From: an uncultured Bacteroidales bacterium
GTDB taxonomy: Bacteria; Bacteroidota; Bacteroidia; Bacteroidales; B18-G4
DNA length: 55,005 nt
Reading direction: 5' to 3'
Assembly: GCA_964508895.1 (NCBI GenBank)
Contig: CAZDWF010000005.1
Span: forward strand, 1-55,005
Shown in pieces: positions 50,701 through 55,005 of this stretch. The notes beneath the pieces were generated by a model, which worked only from the letters and a program-made list of their open reading frames with translations, was not told the origin of the DNA and searched no databases. Position numbers and translations under genes: made by a program. Position 1 is the stretch's first letter, and each line of letters begins with the position of its first letter.

Positions 50701-53700
50701 ATCAAAGTTCCAGGACCAAGCTATAAGGCTATCTGCATTTGCTATTGTAAGATCATTAAAGAACACTGTATCGCTATTGCAACTGATTGCATTATAATTA
50801 AAGTCTGCAATAGGAGTTGAATGGATCTCAACTGCAATGGTAGTATCACCATTACATCCGTTTGAATTAACAACTTGCAGGAATACATTATAGGTTCCTG
50901 AAGAATTATAAGAATGCACAGGATTTTGCAATAGTGAAGTATTTCCATCCCCGAAATTCCAGAACCAGGAAATAATACTGTCTGCATTAGGAATTGACTG
51001 GTCTACGAATTGAGTGTTGGCATTTACACAGGCATCGGTATAGCTAAAATCCACTGCAGGGTTATTAAGAATTATGATGTTTTGAGTTATAGTATCAACA
51101 CAGTTATTAATTGTAAAAACTATCAGTGTCACATTGTAGCTTCCCTGATTAACATAATTATGTATAGGGTTTTGCAATACAGAGGAATTACCATCTCCGA
51201 AATCCCATAACCATGCTGAGATCGTATCTAGGTTACAGCTTGAATTATCCAGGAATTGAATACTATCGCAATTCAACATACTATAAGTAAATGATGCCAG
51301 CGGATCATCAATGATCAGTAAAGAATTGGAGGTAGTATCCCAGCAACCAAGGGTATCGAAAATAGTAAGTGATACGTTATAATGTCCCGGATTAACATAT
51401 TGATGTGCTGTATTCTGGTTAATGCTGTCATAAGTTCCATCACCAAAGTTCCAATACCAGTTTTGCAATGGTGTATTTCCTGAAATAACTGACGCATCGG
51501 TGAAGTATGCAGAATCATAATTACAATTCTGGGCAGTTAAGTTAAAATCAGCAATTGGTGATTCAGTAATTTGAATTGATCTGACAATAGTATCTTCACA
51601 ATAATTTGTATTGATAACTATTAATCTCACATTATATGTTCCGGGAGTTACATATGTATGTGTTGGATTTTGCTGAACCGATGTATTGGCAAAACCTGAA
51701 GCCGGATCATCAAAATCCCAGTTCCATCCGACGATTACACCAAATTGTACAGTCGATAGATCAAAGAAGCTGGTTAATTGTCCTGCACAGGGAGCCTGAT
51801 AAGCAAAGTTAGCAACTGGTGGTTCCTGAACTGTAACCACTTTTATAACAGTATCCGAACATCCTGAAGTATTAAAAACTATTAATGTTACATTAAATGT
51901 TCCATGGGTAGCATAATGGTGAGCCGGATGCTGCATATTTGAAGAACTTCCATCACCAAAATCCCAATCCCAGTTAGCTATCCCTGTAGCATTTGGAATT
52001 GAAGAATCATAAAACTGAACTGAATCATTCTGGCAGGATTGCTGTGAGAAACCAAAGTTTGCAAATGGTGAAGGGTTGATTTGAACCTGCATACTTGTAT
52101 CATCAATGCATCCATTTGAATTGATCACCTGCAGATAAACGCTGTAGAGTCCTTGCCCTGCAAAAATATGAGAAGGATGTTGCAGGTTTGATGTATATCC
52201 ATCACCAAAGTTCCAGTACCATTGAATCAGGCTATCGGAATTTGAAATTGACAAATCCGTAAAATACACAGTTTCTCCTGAACAATTTCCTGTATAGGTA
52301 TATGCGGCAACAGGACTTGGACCCACATTTATTGTATCGGTAATTGTATCTGAGCAACCGTTGTTTGTTGTAATAATCAGACTTACGCTATAATCTCCAA
52401 TTAAATTATAAAAATGCGTAGGGTTTTGCAGGAAGGAGGTATCCAAAGAGCCCGATCCAGGATCCCCAAATGTCCATATCCATGAGTTAATAATACCTGA
52501 AACAGTAGTTGATATATCAAGAAATTGTGTTGGCAAACCTACGCAGCTTGCATTGTAATTAAATGCGGCTATTGGATTTCCGGAAATAACTATTGATTTT
52601 GAAATTGAATCTAAACATCCATCTGAATTAACAACAATCAGACTCACCTGGTATGTTCCTATTGAGATATAAGTATTTGCAGGATTTTGTTGTATAGAAG
52701 TGTTTCCATCACCAAAGTCCCAGCTCCACGAAATAATATTACCAGCATTTGCAACAGATAAGTCCTGGAAATTTATATTATAGTTTTCACATGAAGGTTG
52801 ATCCCAGGTAAAATCCGGAATTGGTAATGCATCTATTATAATGGCAATTGTAGTATCATCAACACATCCATCGGAGTTTGTAGTGGTAAGCGACACATTA
52901 TAAGTTCCAAAAGAGGCGAAGGTATGTGTTGGATGTTGAGTTGATGAAGTGTAACCATTATCAAAATCCCAGTACCAGCTTATCAGTGAATCGGCATTAT
53001 GTGTTGAAAGATCAGTGAATATCGTTGGATTTCCTTCACAGGTTCCTGTATAGGTAAATGAACTTTCAGGCAATTGCCAAACCAGTATATCATTGATTAT
53101 GGTATCATAGCATCCAATGGTATTCCCAATAATAAGGGTTACCTGGAAGGTTCCTGCTGAGCTGAAAAGATGTGTCGGACTTTGTTGTGTTGAAGTGTTA
53201 GCTCCGGAGTTTGGATCACCGAAGTTCCAACTCCATGAGCTGATGGATCCTGTGTTAACCGATGAAAGATCAGTAAAGTGTGTTAAACTGTTAGAGCAAA
53301 CTGTATCAAAAGTAAAGTCGGCTATAGGTCCGTCATGCACAAATACAGATCTTGTTATTGAATCTGAGCATCCATCAAGATTTGAAACCACAAGTTTTAC
53401 CTGGTAGGTGCCAACATTGGAGTAATTATGTATTGGATTCTGAAGAGCTGAAGTATTACCATCTCCAAAGTTCCAATACCAACTGTTAACAGATGAACCA
53501 AAAATTGTATCTGTCAGATCTGTAAAATAAGTCAACCCATTTATACAGGATGTAGAATCACTGAAATCAGGAATTGGAATTGCATTTATTTGAACTGCTA
53601 TAGTAGTATCATTTGAACAGTTGTTTGAATTCACAATCATCAGGTTAACATTATAATTTCCTGAAGAAGCAAAATTATGAGATGGATTTTGAGATGATGA

Positions 53701-55005
53701 TGTATAGCCGTCATCAAAATTCCAATACCAGCTGATCAGTGAATCTGCATTATGAGAAGACAGATCAGTGAAAATGGTAGGATTTCTTTCACATGTTCCT
53801 GTAAAAGCAAATAATGCATCAGGAAGATCATATACTAATATGTCTTTGGTAATAGTATCATAACAACCGATAGTGCTTGAAATGATCAATGATACTGTAT
53901 AAACTCCATTGCTTGAAAACTGATGTCCCGGACTTTGCTGCGTAGAATTATTACTTGCTCCTGATGCGGGATCACCAAAATCCCAGTACCATGAATTAAG
54001 GATGCCTGTATTTACATATGACAGATCAACAAACTGAGTGGTTTGTCCGTGGCAAACTGTATCAAAAGTAAAATCAGCTAAAGGTCCATCGTGAACGAAA
54101 ACAGATTTTGTAACCGAATCGCAGCATCCTGAAGAATTATGAATTAATAATTTTACACTATACACCCCTGTGGATGAGTAATAATGAACCGGATGTTGTT
54201 GTGTTGATGTGTTACCATCATCAAAATCCCAATACCAGTTTGTGATAGGACTTCCATTCATGTTAACACTCAGATCGGTGAAATAGGTAAATCTATTCAG
54301 GCAGGAAGTTGAATCTGAGAAATCTGGAATTGGAATAGAAGCAATGTAGATGCTTATTGTAGTATCATCATTGCATCCATTAGAGTTTTCGACGGTAAGG
54401 GTAACATCATATGTCCCATAAGAAGCAAAAATGTGGCTGGGATTTGGTTCAGAAGAAGTATGACCATCATCAAAATCCCAATACCAGCTGATCAGTGAAT
54501 CCGCATTATGTATAGATAAATCAGTAAATAGTGTTGGATTGTTTGCACATGTACCAGTATATGTAAAAGAGGCTGCAGGCAATGCATATACATGGATAAG
54601 CTGAGTTGCTGTATCGTAACATCCTGTGGTATTGCCAACAATTAATGATACGGTATATATTCCGGTGGATACATAAATGTGACTTGGATCATGCAAAGTA
54701 GAAGTGTTACCGTCTCCAAAATTCCATAACCAGGAGTTGATCACGCCAAATGCAGAAGATGAAAGATCGGTAAAGTTAGTTGGTGTTCCCTGACAGGCAG
54801 TATCAGCTGTGAAGTCTGCCACCGGACCGTCAAAGGATATCACAGATTTAGTTATGGAATCCTGGCAGCCATCCTGGTTTGTTATGATCAGTTGAACCTG
54901 GTAAGTTCCTGATATCAGGAAATTGTGAACCGGATGTTGCAATGTCGATATGTTTCCATCGCCAAAACTCCAGTTCCAGGATGCGATGCCTGAACCATTT
55001 GTGGT
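41779..55005 (-). CDS. Giant adhesin B (>4400 aa, 5' end outside the window): roughly 50 or more PKD repeats plus T9SS type-B C-terminal domain
   Basis: Frame stays open past 54942 to the edge (TTNGSGIASWNWSFGDG...); continuous PKD repeats; C-terminal domain paralogous to adhesin A. Confidence 0.93.
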   Translation of the reverse strand, partial: TTNGSGIASWNWSFGDGNISTLQHPVHNFLISGTYQVQLIITNQDGCQDSITKSVISFDGPVADFTADTACQGTPTNFTDLSSSAFGVINSWLWNFGDGNTSTLHDPSHIYVSTGIYTVSLIVGNTTGCYDTATQLIHVYALPAASFTYTGTCANNPTLFTDLSIHNADSLISWYWDFDDGHTSSEPNPSHIFASYGTYDVTLTVENSNGCNDDTTISIYIASIPIPDFSDSTSCLNRFTYFTDLSVNMNGSPITNWYWDFDDGNTSTQQHPVHYYSSTGVYSVKLLIHNSSGCCDSVTKSVFVHDGPLADFTFDTVCHGQTTQFVDLSYVNTGILNSWYWDFGDPASGASNNSTQQSPGHQFSSNGVYTVSLIISSTIGCYDTITKDILVYDLPDALFAFTGTCERNPTIFTDLSSHNADSLISWYWNFDDGYTSSSQNPSHNFASSGNYNVNLMIVNSNNCSNDTTIAVQINAIPIPDFSDSTSCINGLTYFTDLTDTIFGSSVNSWYWNFGDGNTSALQNPIHNYSNVGTYQVKLVVSNLDGCSDSITRSVFVHDGPIADFTFDTVCSNSLTHFTDLSSVNTGSISSWSWNFGDPNSGANTSTQQSPTHLFSSAGTFQVTLIIGNTIGCYDTIINDILVWQLPESSFTYTGTCEGNPTIFTDLSTHNADSLISWYWDFDNGYTSSTQHPTHTFASFGTYNVSLTTTNSDGCVDDTTIAIIIDALPIPDFTWDQPSCENYNINFQDLSVANAGNIISWSWDFGDGNTSIQQNPANTYISIGTYQVSLIVVNSDGCLDSISKSIVISGNPIAAFNYNASCVGLPTQFLDISTTVSGIINSWIWTFGDPGSGSLDTSFLQNPTHFYNLIGDYSVSLIITTNNGCSDTITDTINVGPSPVAAYTYTGNCSGETVYFTDLSISNSDSLIQWYWNFGDGYTSNLQHPSHIFAGQGLYSVYLQVINSNGCIDDTSMQVQINPSPFANFGFSQQSCQNDSVQFYDSSIPNATGIANWDWDFGDGSSSNMQHPAHHYATHGTFNVTLIVFNTSGCSDTVIKVVTVQEPPVANFAYQAPCAGQLTSFFDLSTVQFGVIVGWNWDFDDPASGFANTSVQQNPTHTYVTPGTYNVRLIVINTNYCEDTIVRSIQITESPIADFNLTAQNCNYDSAYFTDASVISGNTPLQNWYWNFGDGTYDSINQNTAHQYVNPGHYNVSLTIFDTLGCWDTTSNSLLIIDDPLASFTYSMLNCDSIQFLDNSSCNLDTISAWLWDFGDGNSSVLQNPIHNYVNQGSYNVTLIVFTINNCVDTITQNIIILNNPAVDFSYTDACVNANTQFVDQSIPNADSIISWFWNFGDGNTSLLQNPVHSYNSSGTYNVFLQVVNSNGCNGDTTIAVEIHSTPIADFNYNAISCNSDTVFFNDLTIANADSLIAWSWNFDDGNTSILENPVNIYTSPGLYNVSLIVTNSDGCHDTTIKSVNIFEKPLVDFTYDTNCVGLQTSFHGITSYPGQISSWSWDFGDGNTSGVQNPIHTYNLTGNFIVSLTIVSDSGCFNDTNKLVTIYELPVADFIHTNPSCYNDTIYFTDQSTVNGDTIVSWYWDFGDGNTSILQNPMYTYSNSGTYNILLSVTTINGCYDTASQSVSLDDGAVADFTYIAASCNGDTTHFIDQSYITGSGAITSWLWDFGDGGSSTLQHPTHVYTSSGIFQVTLTVTNSNGCIDSTTKDVWNQHQPVADFSYIIPCVGSATHFFDQSGALPGGIIEWHWNFDDPSSGINNTSTLQNPVHSYIQTGYYDVMLAVASNNGCSDTIVKTIYISTPPLSDFTFGNSCKDDTTWFYEAATPTLGPIAIWEYDFGDGTIETYYSIYDADTVGHVFNQAGQYHVSLTVSDSNGCSHTMTKMVVSYAKPTALFHVHQNCINNVTHFTDYSNGSGANIIIWAWDFGDPSSGASNTSSIQHPSHTYSQAGFYDVTLEVTNTNGCSNLTIQTIEVYPGPVADFRFDTTCLNTPVFFDNLSYAIGENIISWYWDFGDGSSSVLQYPSHTYTTAGTYYVSLSVTTENGCTSDITKELTVYALPVADFTYNFPNCLGDTTYFTDLSHPVTSGQITSWYWDFGDGSYDSLHQHPSHLYTNAGTYVVTLTVYDTNGCSKGIQKPVLVNTPPVASFTYTTTGCDTVYFADASSGIDDTLVSWHWDFGDVASGWHNYSSLQHPMHVYIHSGQYTVRLIVSDANGCTDTLTQVLDLERPTPDFTYSQTCMGLPTLFTNLSTSPSSPITGYLWDFDDGGTSTFSDPSHIYQNSGTYYVTLWVTSLNGCQDYITIGVHIDEIPVADFTYQTPSCHGDSTYFTDLSFLSGPSSINSWHWDFGDGTTDTTDQHPTHYYSSGGTYQVILTVTDGNGCQGSLLQDVHINPRPIASFYHTTTSCDSVFFTDQSVGVGDSIISWSWDFGDPGSGWNNYSTVQNPLHVYVNSGTYPVELIVTDAHGCEDTLLQLVDVYKPTADFSSDTACVGTPTQFTDLSACQGVGITGWHWDFGDGITATTQHPMHTYSLPGTYYVILTVFTAQGCSSQVIRPVEVDHSPTADFSYQGLCQGDITYFTDLSTISGSLPITSWHWDFGDGMSSTQQDPTHVYTITGLYQVTLTVYSTQGCHASLSKSLVITDQPTAMFSADSTCQGEVTHFTDLSTAPSSGIMSWMWDFGDGTYAQNIQHPTHAYIYAGTYQVSLIVTNLEGCSDTTSQAVSVRSLPLAGFVSDTSCPGQATHFTDLSSGPSAIASYYWDFGDPSSGSFNHSATQHPTHNYTASGIYNVTLTVSDIHGCEHSVVNPVHVTDPPMASFTFSNHQCQGQDILFSDHSLTQGGVSIISWIWDFGDGTTDTIHYPQSPDITHSYMNPGAYTVSLQVTTAAGCFDITSHQLMVIASPTADFTHTGGACENEYVQFQDQATTNGGTSLSWWHWDFGDPLSPQNTSTLQHPTHIFTSPGIYAITEIVSNTSGCTDTIIKAITVSDAPPVDYYHSATCHNELTYFYIDSTIVNWAMTTSYLWDFGDGGFTNIPNPSHVFSTTGLFDVTLTITDTNGCDNSITHTVDVRPLPQANFDHSGPVCDYDSVYFQDYSSTTYGYIVSWMWDFDDGSPTETIYFPDNPNLWHTYSQPGTYSATLTVQNSDSCTHTFSRVVEVTDSPIANFHWTGDCEDELIQFSDASFPNLPGSIISWFWEFDDPGSGTNNISQLQDPTHLFSYGDSTYDVRLIIMTNENCTDTIDKPVYIKQGPPVDFVYDIRCEDTLITFSPDTAVMDPGTITDWYWDFGDGTYGYNPTSQHLYNVPGTYTVSLTATNTEGCSGTAFHDISILEGPTPIFTTTPPNCQGLPVLFDDNSSTVNGYIIKWHWDFGDGGDSTILFPDDPDVYHSYALSGTYLASLTVTTSDSCINTSTQVVIIDFSPVAMFTHTGSCQDDLYEFFDSSQPNGGGNIQSWSWDFGDPQSGTSNTSQLQNPTHYFSSPGSYAVILEVINVNGCMDTLTRQVMVSASPPTDFTYENTCQGEATQFYVDSTITNINTIIAYDWDFGDGSPHSNQLNPTHVYSYYGTYTVTLTVTDTSACDNTAAHAVDIAPSPVAVFNYTASCTGQKTYFIDHSYVVAGSPVMQWLWDFGDPGSGANNTSAQQHPNHQYSSSGVYTVMLVVTTADGCMDTASRIVEVYEGPEANFYFQMDLCQTGLVNFTDSTTSQQSIISEWFWTFETAHNSVHQNPQYIFSYSDSCYSVSLEVTDTRGCRDTIIKQVCIPEAFDMAISYTQACLGEPTYLSDSIIAPSGTFLTDYLWDFGEPLYPGNISVLPHPSHTYSNAGVYTVSLTSTDNNGCAHTEYQQVMVDPLPVASFDWSDSPCDTTITFTDQSMGNGTLIDLWQWDFGDGSPILTLTVPNGQPVSHKYALPGVYHVTLIITNTNGCKDTITLQVTSNPCILSGFALMDSVTCQGTEVHFQDMTQANPYIIMYEWLWGDGTHISYQNQTSVVTHTYTHPGTYHVHFVIHGLIHGNAISDTMSKVIIVHPLPTAGFTCQPVCQGQASVFRDTSIIASYIRSWSWDFGEPGSQGDTSSVSDPTYIYPIAGDYSVVLMVTNKFGCTDSVQSTVSVSAKPVADFSTSPACLGDPTEFTDESVDMNTNITDWKWDFGDSLSQSPVSYQQDPRHYYTQLGLYTVELMVVNATGCKDSISKNVNVHAAPVSDFRVVPNYNDVQGNVFVQDGSNGAQDYQWDWGDGLISYETEPPITHQYDNDGGFTIELIVWNKYGCVDTSYVDFEFVYKALYIPNAFAPQSMDPEVRLFTPKGIGLRKYLIQVIDQWGNLVWESTKLDENGSPVESWDGTFKGKFMPQDVYVWRVKAIFRDDTIWEGESIGNNNGLSREEQGTVTLIR
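42119..49323. repeat. 7,205-bp direct repeat, copy 2
   Basis: Identity starts after ...TATACA and ends at ...ACCATCTTGGT; the first bases outside differ from copy 1 at both ends. Confidence 0.93.

Noticed and set aside
41779-54942. Both giant ORFs listed as exactly 4387 aa
   Set aside because: Coincidence of the ORF caller: 54942 is an internal TTG, there is no signal peptide, and the frame stays open to the window edge
29272-55005. Regularly spaced short repeats as a CRISPR-like array
   Set aside because: 11-bp motif at ~250-bp spacing encodes the WDFG core of PKD domains; no cas genes

Overview
AT-rich Bacteroidota (probably Bacteroidales-like) chromosomal segment, judged from the T9SS cargo proteins, a PorP/SprF gene and TAnnTTTG promoters. 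The left half (1-27.4 kb) holds a membrane LytTR regulator divergent from an alpha/beta hydrolase, a FISUMP protein, the aspT-aspD operon, three T9SS type-A cargo proteins, a TlpA-like lipoprotein, a PerR-like regulator with a tiny PID-CTERM-like protein, glnS with tRNA-Gln(CTG) and an interrupted tRNA 3' remnant. It also holds an L,D-transpeptidase, a MauE/thioredoxin fusion with a small Cys-rich lipoprotein, a sulfotransferase and a hypothetical gene cluster. The right half (27.4-55 kb) is a minus-strand operon of two giant T9SS type-B adhesins (4387 aa and >4400 aa, the second cut by the window edge) followed by a PorP/SprF gene. The most striking feature is an apparently identical 7,205-bp block (28888-36092 = 42119-49323) shared by the two adhesins. 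It is much more GC-rich than its surroundings and is flanked by diverged secretion signals and different N-terminal halves. This suggests ongoing gene conversion or recombinational shuffling, unless it is an assembly artefact. No CRISPR array, transposase, integrase or rRNA was seen.
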